DNA from: a virus
Virus record (IMG/VR): IMGVR_UViG_3300022916_000005
Reading direction: 5' to 3' (one strand)
DNA: 64,000 nucleotides
Part shown: one piece after another, positions 36,894 to 46,667 of the stretch
How positions within the stretch are numbered: the first letter of the stretch is position 1
How the letters are laid out: every line of letters starts with the position of its first letter
The notes under the pieces: generated by a model
The model's input: the letters and a program-made list of their open reading frames with translations, nothing else
Databases searched by the model: none
Told to the model about the DNA's origin: nothing
Program-made: the position numbers and the translations under genes

Positions 36894-38126
36894 ATGTCAT
36901 ATCCTGAATTTTCTCCTGCTTCTCAAATAAGCAGCACAGTACTACCAGAGACAGGAAGCGAAGGAAGTGTCCTTGCAGCCTTGCCATTTGGTATCTATCA
37001 ATCAACTGCATTCCTTTCTGGAGCAGCAGATCAAGTAACATATGTGTATCGAAGATTAGGAGGAGACGTTCTTGATCTTGAGATTACAGAAGATAATGTG
37101 TATTCAGCATATGAAGAAGCTTGTCTTGAATATTCATATCTAATCAACATCCATCAAGCCAAAAACGTATTAGGTGATGTATTAGGTTCGACAACGGGTT
37201 CTTTCGATCAGGATGGGAACATTATCGATGGAGCACAGAATGTTGAATCAATGTACCCTAAATTTGGATATGCCTATTCAAGAAAGGTATCTGATGCTGT
37301 AGGATCTGCAATGGCTATTGGAGGCTCAGAACCCGTCTATTCTGCATCTTTCGTGATCAAAGAACACCAGCAAGATTATGACCTACAAGAGATCATTAGT
37401 ACATCAGTTGAACACTCTGGAGCAGTAGGAAACAATAGGGTTCTCATTAAAAGAGTGTTTTACAAGACTCCCCATAGTATGTGGAGATTCTATGGTTATT
37501 ATGGTGGACTCAATGTCGTAGGTAACTTGCAGAACTATGGGCAGTGGGCAGATGATAGCTCATTCCAGGTTATCCCAGCTTGGCAGAACAAGATGCAGGC
37601 AGGAGCATTTGAAGATCACCTATATACAAGAACATCTCACTACTCATTTCAGGTAAGAAATAACAAGTTGAGAATTTTCCCTGCTCCTACATTTGCAGAT
37701 CCTCACAACTTCTGGGTCGAATTCATGGTTGATGGAGATGCTTGGGATGAAGACCCAAACAATCCAACTGGGGTTACTGGGGTAAACAACATGAACACCA
37801 TTCCTTTTGAAAATGTACCTTACGAAAGTATTAACTCTATTGGTAAACAGTGGATCAGAAGGTTTGGGTTGGCCTTGATTAAGGAAACGTTAGGACAAGT
37901 TAGAGGAAAGTTCACATCTGGTATCCCATTCCCTAATGGTAACGTAACATTGAATGCGTCAGAACTATTGACACAAGCCAAAGATGAACAAGAGAAGTTA
38001 CGAGAAGAACTAAAAACAATCCTTGATGAATTGACGTATGCCAAATTGGCAGAGCGTGATGCCACAATTATGGATAACACATTAAAGGTAAATGAAAAGA
38101 TCCCTCTCTTCATCTTCCGAGGATAA
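36894..38126 (+). CDS. Neck protein (gp13-like)
   Basis: RRLGGDVLDLEIT; QWIRRFGLALIKETLGQVRGKF..IP..VTLN. Confidence 0.8.
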   Translation: MSYPEFSPASQISSTVLPETGSEGSVLAALPFGIYQSTAFLSGAADQVTYVYRRLGGDVLDLEITEDNVYSAYEEACLEYSYLINIHQAKNVLGDVLGSTTGSFDQDGNIIDGAQNVESMYPKFGYAYSRKVSDAVGSAMAIGGSEPVYSASFVIKEHQQDYDLQEIISTSVEHSGAVGNNRVLIKRVFYKTPHSMWRFYGYYGGLNVVGNLQNYGQWADDSSFQVIPAWQNKMQAGAFEDHLYTRTSHYSFQVRNNKLRIFPAPTFADPHNFWVEFMVDGDAWDEDPNNPTGVTGVNNMNTIPFENVPYESINSIGKQWIRRFGLALIKETLGQVRGKFTSGIPFPNGNVTLNASELLTQAKDEQEKLREELKTILDELTYAKLAERDATIMDNTLKVNEKIPLFIFRG

Positions 38127-38132
38127 AAAAAT

Positions 38133-40745
38133 ATGAATAAAGAAACAATCAAAAATCTAATTTTAAATGAACATCAAAAGTTTCTTAGAGAGGCAACCAC
38201 TGGGAAAGGTCGTTATGGAGAAGATATCACCATTTCAGACATGTATTCTGATGAATTGATGCGCTTTTTGGATGATGAATATGATGAAGAAGAAATGACA
38301 GATTGGATGATTTTGAATAATCGAGCTACAGATATGAATTTGCTGTGGAATTTGGCAATGAAGACTCCAAACGTTGATACTTTAGTTTCTATTATCCGAA
38401 GCAACAAGATGTCAGACGATATGTTGGAAGAGTTGAGAGTAGAGCTTTCGAAAGAAGATTACACAACACAAGATGCCCAAAGATTAAGTGAAGAATTCAC
38501 AGAACGTTTGGGAGAAGAATTCCAAGTAGGGGATGCAGTATCTTATTATGATCACAGAAGACAAAGAACAATAAGAGGAACAATTGACGATATTCGAGGA
38601 GATAGGGCATTTATTCAAGAGCCAAATAGAGAAATGTTAAGTAACAGACCTTTTAGCGACTTGAGAAAGGTAAGGGAAATTTCTGCATCCGGCAGGATAG
38701 AAAGAGAAGATCTCGAAAGACTGCCAACAGAAGAATTCCAAGTAGGGGATGAAGTGGAATACACTACACAAGTTGGAACGAGACAAGAGAAAGAACGAGG
38801 CGTGATTAGTGATACCTACAATACTTACAATGATAACGCTATTTATACTATATCTCTTTCTAGAGGAAGAAGTGCAGAGGTAAGAAGAAATGAAATTACA
38901 TTAGTAAATAAAAAACCACCAATCCCAACCCAAGTCCTACAAACCGGAGATCGTGTATCTGTCAAATCAATGATGGGAGACAAAGAAGGACACATTATTG
39001 CAAAGCATGGCGACAAGTACAGCATTCAAATAGGACCAGACCATATCCTAAAAGGTGTGACATTGGATAGAATCAAAGTATTGCAAGCAAAGGCGAATAT
39101 GCCAAAATCTGCCAAGTCAGATGAAGAAGTCCGAATGTCAATGATGGATTTTGATGATGAACCCGAGACAGAAAAAAATAAAGATGATGATGGAACAAGA
39201 TTTGGTAGACTTGAACTTGATGAGGGCATTATTAAAAATTGGAAAGAAAATTTAAGAAAGGCCAAAGATCCAAACACATCACCTGACGAGTTGATAGAGC
39301 TGTCAAAAAACATTAGACCTGCAGTGAAAATGGCAGTTGCCGCAAATTCAAATACTCCAAGTTCTACACTGAAAGATTTGGCAAAAAGTAAACTAGGCAA
39401 AGTACAAGCTTTGGCGATCTTAAATCCAAATATCGAGGTTAGAGATATTCATATAGTTTTGGAGGAACTTGGAGTCAGTACTTCAACAAGATTAATTAGA
39501 TTACTTCGCAGAAAGTATGGTCGTCGTTGGGAGACCATAGAACGAATTGGAAAGTTTGAAGTAGGAGATAATGTATCATTCTTGTGGACAGGTAGAGTTG
39601 ATCCTCGGATATACGGAGTAATTGGAAGAGTTGAAGGAGAACGGGGTTATGGTACTGACAGTTATTGGATTGGTATTCCAAGAAGCCAACAAGAAAGGGA
39701 TACAACTCCAACGGGGACGTGGGTTGACGGCTCAGAACTTCGTCTTGAAACGGGGACATCTTCAGAAATGGCCCAAGGAAGGGTTCGTCAAGGAAGTATA
39801 ATTGAATTTGATGTATCTGGAGATACCTATATTGGGAGAGTTATTGGAATAGGCAGTGATGGGATGATTGTGGTTGATGTCGCAAATCATGAAGAAAATA
39901 TGCGTATATCAAGAGAAAGTGTTGTAAGCATATCTAATCCTTCTTCGACAACTCTTCGGCCAGGAATAGAAGATGATTTTGAAAGAGAATTGGAAAATGT
40001 TGTAGATAGATACAGAGCTTCTCTTGCAAGTAAAGAGCTAGCCCCTAAACAAGGTGATCGCGTTGAATTCAAGGACTCCTTTGGTATTGCAACTATTGGC
40101 AAGATCCAGACAATTCATGACAATGATACCTACACCGTTGGAGTGAAAGGTGGAACGAAGCAAGTTGCCAAATCAAAGATTACAAAGATCCTCGACAAGA
40201 AGAAAGAGAAAACAGATCAAAGAGATGACACCCAATCAAGATTTGATATGTTAGATTTTGATGGTGGCAATACAACAAGTACCCGAGACAAAGAAACAAA
40301 AGAAAGGAGATTCAATATGTTAGATTTAGATGAAGCTCGAAAATTTATTAACGATCTTGTAAAAGAAGAATTGGAGAATGTTCAATCAACTACTCCAAAA
40401 GTAGGAGATGAAGTAACCGTTTCTTTCCAAAGAAGGGAAGATGAGCATGGCATCATTATTGCACAAAACCGAGAGCAAACCAGATTCAATGTCAAGATTG
40501 GTAAGGCACAAGTCATTAAAGGACTACCAGCAGAAAGATTAATTATTACAAAGGTTGGACCATCCCCAGAAGATAAGGATGGTAAACGAAGATTCAACAT
40601 GATGGACCTTGACGATAAGGGTGTTGAAGTTGTTAACAATAGAGGCAGAGATGACGATCATTCAAGATTCAATCGACTTGAACTTGACGAGGCAAAAGAA
40701 ATGATCAAGAAGTTAGTTATTCGAGAAGGGAAAGAGAGAAAGTAA
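38133..40745 (+). CDS. Modular repeat protein (helical repeats, multiple SH3/KOW-like domains, RFxxLxxD motifs), candidate internal head polyprotein
   Basis: Repeated (F/P)xVGDxV barrels; DPNT/NSNT repeats; three pairs of RFxxLxxD-type motifs. Confidence 0.65.
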   Translation: MNKETIKNLILNEHQKFLREATTGKGRYGEDITISDMYSDELMRFLDDEYDEEEMTDWMILNNRATDMNLLWNLAMKTPNVDTLVSIIRSNKMSDDMLEELRVELSKEDYTTQDAQRLSEEFTERLGEEFQVGDAVSYYDHRRQRTIRGTIDDIRGDRAFIQEPNREMLSNRPFSDLRKVREISASGRIEREDLERLPTEEFQVGDEVEYTTQVGTRQEKERGVISDTYNTYNDNAIYTISLSRGRSAEVRRNEITLVNKKPPIPTQVLQTGDRVSVKSMMGDKEGHIIAKHGDKYSIQIGPDHILKGVTLDRIKVLQAKANMPKSAKSDEEVRMSMMDFDDEPETEKNKDDDGTRFGRLELDEGIIKNWKENLRKAKDPNTSPDELIELSKNIRPAVKMAVAANSNTPSSTLKDLAKSKLGKVQALAILNPNIEVRDIHIVLEELGVSTSTRLIRLLRRKYGRRWETIERIGKFEVGDNVSFLWTGRVDPRIYGVIGRVEGERGYGTDSYWIGIPRSQQERDTTPTGTWVDGSELRLETGTSSEMAQGRVRQGSIIEFDVSGDTYIGRVIGIGSDGMIVVDVANHEENMRISRESVVSISNPSSTTLRPGIEDDFERELENVVDRYRASLASKELAPKQGDRVEFKDSFGIATIGKIQTIHDNDTYTVGVKGGTKQVAKSKITKILDKKKEKTDQRDDTQSRFDMLDFDGGNTTSTRDKETKERRFNMLDLDEARKFINDLVKEELENVQSTTPKVGDEVTVSFQRREDEHGIIIAQNREQTRFNVKIGKAQVIKGLPAERLIITKVGPSPEDKDGKRRFNMMDLDDKGVEVVNNRGRDDDHSRFNRLELDEAKEMIKKLVIREGKERK

Positions 40746-40748
40746 ATA

Positions 40749-41240
40749 ATGACAAACGAATGGCAACAACCCCCAAACCGCCCACCAGCCCTATTCGCAG
40801 GGGACAAGGAAAGAGATTTAACTCATCAAGTAGGAAATGAGCTTATAGAAAGAGTAATGGGTACAGAAGTATTCTATTACCCTATCTCAAGAGAGTTGAC
40901 AAACTACCATTCACTATATGGAGAAGCAATAACAAAAACATTCCTTCCAGCTATTAGAGTATATGCAGTAATTGCATGGGAAGGATACAAAACAGAGACG
41001 ACAGAATTAGGTATTGATAAGAGACCATCAATTAAAATACATTTTCATCATAGAAGGTTGACAACAGATCAAGATTTGAATGTGACAGTTGGAGATTTTG
41101 TAAAGTACGGAGATAGCTATTTTGAGATCACAGAATTAAACGAACCTACTCCCGTCTTTGGTCATATTGAACACCAAGTAGAAATTGAAGCGATGTGTAT
41201 CAAGGCAAGAAAAGGATTATTTCAAGGGCATGACGAATAA
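40749..41240 (+). CDS. Neck/head-closure protein (gp14-like)
   Basis: ELIERVMG..YYP...LYGEA..K.F; VGDFVKY; gene position. Confidence 0.7.
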   Translation: MTNEWQQPPNRPPALFAGDKERDLTHQVGNELIERVMGTEVFYYPISRELTNYHSLYGEAITKTFLPAIRVYAVIAWEGYKTETTELGIDKRPSIKIHFHHRRLTTDQDLNVTVGDFVKYGDSYFEITELNEPTPVFGHIEHQVEIEAMCIKARKGLFQGHDE

Positions 41241-42061
41241 TGGCAAACGATAATTCAACAATACCATTCCAAGCATCAACCTTGGAAACAATTGATGAAG
41301 GATTTTTCAACTGGGTTGACAAAGACCTTGATCTGTTTTGTGATACCAATACCGGATGGAAGAAGTCTCCCGTATTTTGGGTAGGAGCAGAACGATCATT
41401 CCAATCCAAAGATGACAAGGAGAGGTTTGACGACACTGGAGCATTGATCTTCCCTGCAATTACTATTGAGAGAAAGAGTATAAACAAAAATCCAAACAGT
41501 AAAGGATCTGCATGGGCAAACGTACCACCAGTAGGGGATCTCAAGGGTGGTAGCATCTCGATAACAAGAAGATTAAAACAAGACAAGACTGCCAATTACA
41601 CAAATACACTTTCAAAGAGAAAGACAGGACAAGAGAACTTCCCAAAGATTACCAACAAGATGGTATATGAAACTATCACAATCCCAATGCCAGTTTATAT
41701 TGACATCAATTATGAAGTAACATTGAGAACAGAATACCAACAACAGATGAATACATTGATGTCTCCATTTATAACAAAGCCTGGAGGAATTAACTACATT
41801 ACCTTCGAGAATGAGAATCACAGATACGAGGCATTTATTCAAGAAGATTTTGCACAATCTAACAACGTCGATTCAATGGGAAATGAAGAAAGAAAGTATA
41901 TCACAAAGATTACAGTTAAGGTCTTAGGATACATCTATTCCGAGGACAAAAATGAAGAACAACCAAAGATTGTAAGAAGAGAATCTATCGTAGAAGTAAA
42001 GATCCCAAGAGAAAGAGCACTAACCCAAGAAGAACAAGACTATATCACCCTAAATTCATAG
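41240..42061 (+). CDS. Tail terminator/sheath stabiliser (gp15-like)
   Basis: VPVYIDINYE-like motif (IPMPVYIDINYEV); VKVLGYI; directly upstream of sheath. Confidence 0.7.
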   Translation: MANDNSTIPFQASTLETIDEGFFNWVDKDLDLFCDTNTGWKKSPVFWVGAERSFQSKDDKERFDDTGALIFPAITIERKSINKNPNSKGSAWANVPPVGDLKGGSISITRRLKQDKTANYTNTLSKRKTGQENFPKITNKMVYETITIPMPVYIDINYEVTLRTEYQQQMNTLMSPFITKPGGINYITFENENHRYEAFIQEDFAQSNNVDSMGNEERKYITKITVKVLGYIYSEDKNEEQPKIVRRESIVEVKIPRERALTQEEQDYITLNS

Positions 42062-42088
42062 TATAAAAACAACTTTACATTTTTAAGA

Positions 42089-42096
42089 ACTATTTA
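42089..42096 (+). promoter_or_regulatory. Putative late promoter ACTATTTA
   Basis: Upstream of tail sheath. Confidence 0.65.
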
Positions 42097-42139
42097 ATAT
42101 AAAAGTCGTAGTATGTTTGAATAAAGGAGATCTATCAAC

Positions 42140-44962
42140 ATGTCAGTAAAGCAATTTAAATTTGTATCACCAGGAGTTTTCCTAAACGAAATTGATAATT
42201 CACAACTTCCAAATGTAGGGGATGAAATTGGGCCACTAGTAATTGGTCGATTTAAGAAAGGCCCTTCAATGCAGCCAGTTCTTATTGAAGATACTGACAA
42301 GCTTGAGCAGACATTTGGATTGCCAGATCCTGGATTATCATCTGGGGATGCTTGGCGAGATGGTACCTATACTAGTCCAACATATGGCGGATATGCTGCA
42401 TATTCATGGTTAAAAAATTCAAATGTGCCTATCACTGTTGTTCGTTTGTTGGGTGAGCAGAATGATGATGCAACAAGCGACATTGGAGAGGCTGGCTGGA
42501 ATGCTGGGCAGATTACAGAAGAGAACTATGGTGGAGCATATGGTCTCTTTGTTTTCCCATCTTCAAGTTCTGCAACAAATATTACTGGAGCTTTGGCTGC
42601 AACTTGGTACTTCCCAAACGAAATGAGTGGTGGAATCATGTTGTCTGGGACAATCGCTGGGGCAATTACCGAAACGACTGCGAGTAATGCACTACTTTTC
42701 GAGTCGGCAAATCAAGCACTTACTGTAGTAATGTCATCTGGGTCTACATTGCTAGATGCAAAGAAGATTACTTTTGATATGGATACTGTCCGTGACAAGT
42801 TTAACATGGATCCAACATTGACAAATACTTCTGTCACGCTGGCGGCAGATCAAAAAACCTACTGGTTAGGCGAAACTTACGAAAGAGCTGCAAAAGAAAT
42901 TATTGGTACTGGTGAATATTGGGGAATGATTGTAGGATTAGAAGATTCGGCAGGAACTGTAGAGAAGTCAAATTACAATATGTCTCGTCAAGTTGCGAAG
43001 ACTGGTTGGTTCTTCTCCCAGGATGTTGGAACAGCTACATCATTCGTTCCTTCCGCGATGCAAAAGTTGTTTAGATTGCACACTCTAGATTCTGGAGAGC
43101 ACGATCAGAGAAATTATAAAGTTACAATTCAAGACATTAAAGCAGCAAAGGTAACTGGTGATTATGGTACTTTTACCATTCAAATCAGAGACATTAGGGA
43201 CTTGGACAGTAAAAAGAACATCGTTGAGCGTTATTCAAACTGTAGTCTTAACCCTGCTGCAGATAACTATATTGCAAAGAAGATTGGAGATCAATATTAC
43301 GAATGGGATTCAACACGAAATGTTCTGTTAGAGAAGGGAACTTTTGAAAATAAATCAAGGTTGGTAAGGGTTGAAGTAGATACGGTTGTTGCATCTGGTC
43401 GTGCCAATAAGGTATTTTTACCATTCGGTGTGTACGGCCCAGAAAAGATTAAAGATACAGTCATTACAGAAGCTGTTGTGACCCCAGATACGTTGGTTGT
43501 TGGTAGTGGTTCGATTTATAAAGATTTGGTAAACTGGGAAGAGGGAACAAACGAATTCTCAAGTTCTTTTGCAACAGATTTTACATCAAGCTTGCAGTTC
43601 CCTTCAATTCCGCTTGTTGAGTCAAACCACCCTTATGGTGGCACCTTGAAGGAAGATATGCACTTTGGAGTCGATCTTCTTAAGAGCGGAAGCTTGACAG
43701 CATTTGAAGGAAGTGTTGTTGATCTTGTAAGATCACTTCCCGCAGACGGGGCAAATCCAGGAAGTCCAATTGATTCTACCTTTACAGAGCAGTCTTGGTA
43801 CTTCACTCTTGACGATATTGCGTCAGGGTCTGTATCTGCAAATTATGATTATACTTCTGGTAGCCGAGCAGCAGAAAGATCAGTAACAGCCATTAGTGGA
43901 TGGTCAAACTTCTTGAACAACACCACAGGATTGAATAGATTTACTACAGTTCTCTATGGTGGGTTTGACGGTCTTGACATCACAGAGCGAGAGCCATTGG
44001 TGAACAACACACTATTGTCAGGGAAGACCGAACTAACAAGTTATTCTTTTAACACAATCAAGAGAGCGATTAGAATTGTTGAAGATGCCGAGGTTGTTGA
44101 ATACAATGTATTGACCGTTCCTGGCTTAACAAACGCATCATTGACCGATCAAGTCTTGGATACTTGTGAGACAAGGGCGGACGCTTTGGCAATTGTTGAC
44201 CTGCCATACGAATATACTCCAGAAACAGAAACTACAGATAACGAAGATACTCGTATCGGTAGTGTTAAAGATACTGTTGACGATGTGAAAGATAGAAACA
44301 TCAATACAAGTTATGGAAGTTCTTACTACCCTTGGGTAATGATTTCTGACCATCTTAATGGGAATGTCAATCTTTGGGTACCACCTTCAATTGTTGCACT
44401 TGGAACATTTGCATCAAGTGACACAGAGAAGGATGGAGCAGTTTGGTTTGCCCCTGCAGGATTTAACAGAGGTGGATTGGATGACGGTTCATCTGGCTTT
44501 AAGGTACTGCAAGTTCGAGATCGAGTATATGTTGCAGATAGAGATAATCTATATGAAAACAACATTAACCCTATTGCCAAGTTCGCAGGAGAAGGAATTG
44601 TAATCATGGGTCAAAAGACCTTGCAAAGAACACCTTCAGCACTTGACAGAATTAATGTTCGAAGAATGCTTCTATACGTTAAGAAGGAAGTATCTCGTAT
44701 TGCAACAAGTGTTCTGTTCGAGCCAAACTTGGAGAAGACTTGGGCACGATTCCGAGGACCAGTTGAGGCAATGTTGAGCGGTGTAAAGGCAGACTTCGGT
44801 TTGGCAGATTACAAAGTAATCCTTGACAAGTCAACAACTACCGAAGACCTTGTTGATAGAAACATCATGTATGCAAAGGTATTGTTGAAACCTGCCTATG
44901 CAGTAGAGTTCATTGCAGTTGATTTTGTTGTAACAAACTCTGGAGCATCATTCGCAGACTAA
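42140..44962 (+). CDS. Tail sheath protein (gp18-like)
   Basis: VSPGVFLNEID; WFAPAGFNRG; INPI..GQKTLQ...DRINVRR. Confidence 0.97.
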   Translation: MSVKQFKFVSPGVFLNEIDNSQLPNVGDEIGPLVIGRFKKGPSMQPVLIEDTDKLEQTFGLPDPGLSSGDAWRDGTYTSPTYGGYAAYSWLKNSNVPITVVRLLGEQNDDATSDIGEAGWNAGQITEENYGGAYGLFVFPSSSSATNITGALAATWYFPNEMSGGIMLSGTIAGAITETTASNALLFESANQALTVVMSSGSTLLDAKKITFDMDTVRDKFNMDPTLTNTSVTLAADQKTYWLGETYERAAKEIIGTGEYWGMIVGLEDSAGTVEKSNYNMSRQVAKTGWFFSQDVGTATSFVPSAMQKLFRLHTLDSGEHDQRNYKVTIQDIKAAKVTGDYGTFTIQIRDIRDLDSKKNIVERYSNCSLNPAADNYIAKKIGDQYYEWDSTRNVLLEKGTFENKSRLVRVEVDTVVASGRANKVFLPFGVYGPEKIKDTVITEAVVTPDTLVVGSGSIYKDLVNWEEGTNEFSSSFATDFTSSLQFPSIPLVESNHPYGGTLKEDMHFGVDLLKSGSLTAFEGSVVDLVRSLPADGANPGSPIDSTFTEQSWYFTLDDIASGSVSANYDYTSGSRAAERSVTAISGWSNFLNNTTGLNRFTTVLYGGFDGLDITEREPLVNNTLLSGKTELTSYSFNTIKRAIRIVEDAEVVEYNVLTVPGLTNASLTDQVLDTCETRADALAIVDLPYEYTPETETTDNEDTRIGSVKDTVDDVKDRNINTSYGSSYYPWVMISDHLNGNVNLWVPPSIVALGTFASSDTEKDGAVWFAPAGFNRGGLDDGSSGFKVLQVRDRVYVADRDNLYENNINPIAKFAGEGIVIMGQKTLQRTPSALDRINVRRMLLYVKKEVSRIATSVLFEPNLEKTWARFRGPVEAMLSGVKADFGLADYKVILDKSTTTEDLVDRNIMYAKVLLKPAYAVEFIAVDFVVTNSGASFAD

Positions 44963-44983
44963 GAAAATAAATAAGATAAAGCA

Positions 44984-44991
44984 TCTATTTA
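44984..44991 (+). promoter_or_regulatory. Putative late promoter TCTATTTA
   Basis: Upstream of tail tube. Confidence 0.6.
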
Positions 44992-45014
44992 TTGTATAAA
45001 AGGAGAATAATTAA

Positions 45015-45596
45015 ATGGGCGGTTTTTGGAGCGGAGAAAGAAATAAAGTAGTTGAACCAAAGAGAGCTTTTAGATGGCTAATTAACTTTCCAGGAGATGC
45101 CTCGACAGGTATTGAAAGTTGGGTCGCAACAGAAGTAAACAAGCCAGGGTTTGCAATTGGAGAAACTGAGCACGGATTTTTGAATTACAAGTTCAATTAT
45201 CCAGGGCATATCAAGTGGGATGACGTATCATTAACAATTGTAGATCCAGTCGATACAGATCAGACAGTTCAGTTAGTTGCAATGTTGGAGAAAGCAGGAT
45301 ATAGAGTCCCTCCTTCTCTGATCGATAGTCGCGGTCAAATTAATGTTCAAACCATTTCAAAGAAAGAAGCAACAAATGCGGTTGGGTCAATCACTATTGC
45401 CCAATACGGATCTGGAGACACTAAAGTAGAAGAGTGGGAACTTCACAATGCATGGATTAAAGAATGCAAGTTTGGAAAGCTTTCCTACGATTCAGAAGAT
45501 CTTGTAAAGATTGAACTTGTATTAAAATATGACTGGGCGACTCTTCGAACTGCAGGCGATCACTCTTTGGCCAATATGACAAGTCCACTTAACTAA
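45015..45596 (+). CDS. Tail tube protein (gp19-like)
   Basis: EPKRAFRW; YPGHIKW; EEWELHNAW; LSY; YDWA. Confidence 0.9.
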   Translation: MGGFWSGERNKVVEPKRAFRWLINFPGDASTGIESWVATEVNKPGFAIGETEHGFLNYKFNYPGHIKWDDVSLTIVDPVDTDQTVQLVAMLEKAGYRVPPSLIDSRGQINVQTISKKEATNAVGSITIAQYGSGDTKVEEWELHNAWIKECKFGKLSYDSEDLVKIELVLKYDWATLRTAGDHSLANMTSPLN

Positions 45597-45620
45597 TCAA
45601 AACAAACAAAAGAGGTATAA

Positions 45621-46496
45621 ATGTCAAACAGTAGACGAAACGAGGAACGCATGAAGACGGTTCCACACGACATAGCAATGTCTGCTATGTCTGCAATGTC
45701 GCAAAATCAAGAAAGCAAACCAGCACCATTCTCATTTGTAGTTCCTACTACATTTGTTGACCTTCCATCCAGAGGGAGACATTACACGGAGGGACATCCC
45801 TTTCATAATCAAAATCAAGTAGAAATCAGAGAGATGACAGCAAAGGATGAAGATCTGTTAACATCAAAGGCATTAATCAAGAAAGGTGTTGTAATTGATA
45901 GATTTGTTCAAAACATTTTAATGGACAAGTCTGTTAACGCAGAAACTCTTTTGATTGGCGATAAGAATGCCATTATTGTTGCAGCAAGAATCGCAGCATA
46001 CGGTTCAGTTTATGAGGGTTCTGCTGTTTGTCCTTCTTGTGGAGAAACTTTTGATAACTCTTTTGAGTTAGGAGACCTTGAAATTTATGAAGGGAATGAC
46101 TACGAAGATTATGATATTTCGAAAACAGAGAATAATACATTCATCATCCACATTCCAAAACTAGATGTTGATATTGAAACGAGATTGATCACAGGAAAGG
46201 AAGAAAAAAAGTTAGCAAGAATGGCCAAAGGAAAAAAGAAGAATAACCTTCCAGAAGCACCATTGACAGATATGTTAAAACTGATCATCGTATCGGTAGC
46301 AGAGAATAGGGATTCATTTTTAATTGATCAGCTTTTGGACGTACTCCCAGCATCAGATTCTAGATATTTAAGAGCAGCATATGCTAAGGTAGTGCCAAAT
46401 ATCGACATGAAGAGAGAAATCGTATGCCCAGAATGTGATGCAGTCAATGAAGTCGAGGTGCAGCTATCTGCTGACTTTTTTTGGCCTAAGCGATAA
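45621..46496 (+). CDS. Baseplate hub assembly/tail assembly chaperone (gp26-like)
   Basis: LPSRG.HY; MTAKDED.L; two CPxC motifs; C-terminal FFWP. Confidence 0.8.
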   Translation: MSNSRRNEERMKTVPHDIAMSAMSAMSQNQESKPAPFSFVVPTTFVDLPSRGRHYTEGHPFHNQNQVEIREMTAKDEDLLTSKALIKKGVVIDRFVQNILMDKSVNAETLLIGDKNAIIVAARIAAYGSVYEGSAVCPSCGETFDNSFELGDLEIYEGNDYEDYDISKTENNTFIIHIPKLDVDIETRLITGKEEKKLARMAKGKKKNNLPEAPLTDMLKLIIVSVAENRDSFLIDQLLDVLPASDSRYLRAAYAKVVPNIDMKREIVCPECDAVNEVEVQLSADFFWPKR

Positions 46497-46659
46497 GTAT
46501 CAAGAGAACATCTACGAACAGTTCTTTTTCTTAAAATATCATGGTGGTTGGAGTTTCATTGAAGCTTACAACTTGCCAATCGGATTACGTAAGTGGTTTG
46601 TTGAGCGTCTAAATACTCAACTTGAAAAAGAGAAAGAAGCCAAAGAAGATAATAAATAA
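46476..46659 (+). CDS. Tail chaperone C-terminal extension, probably reached by frameshift
   Basis: +1 frame open across the T7 run; YEQFFFLKYHGGWSF.EAYNLP..LRKWF; no convincing own start. Confidence 0.6.
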
Positions 46660-46667
46660 CAATCCAA

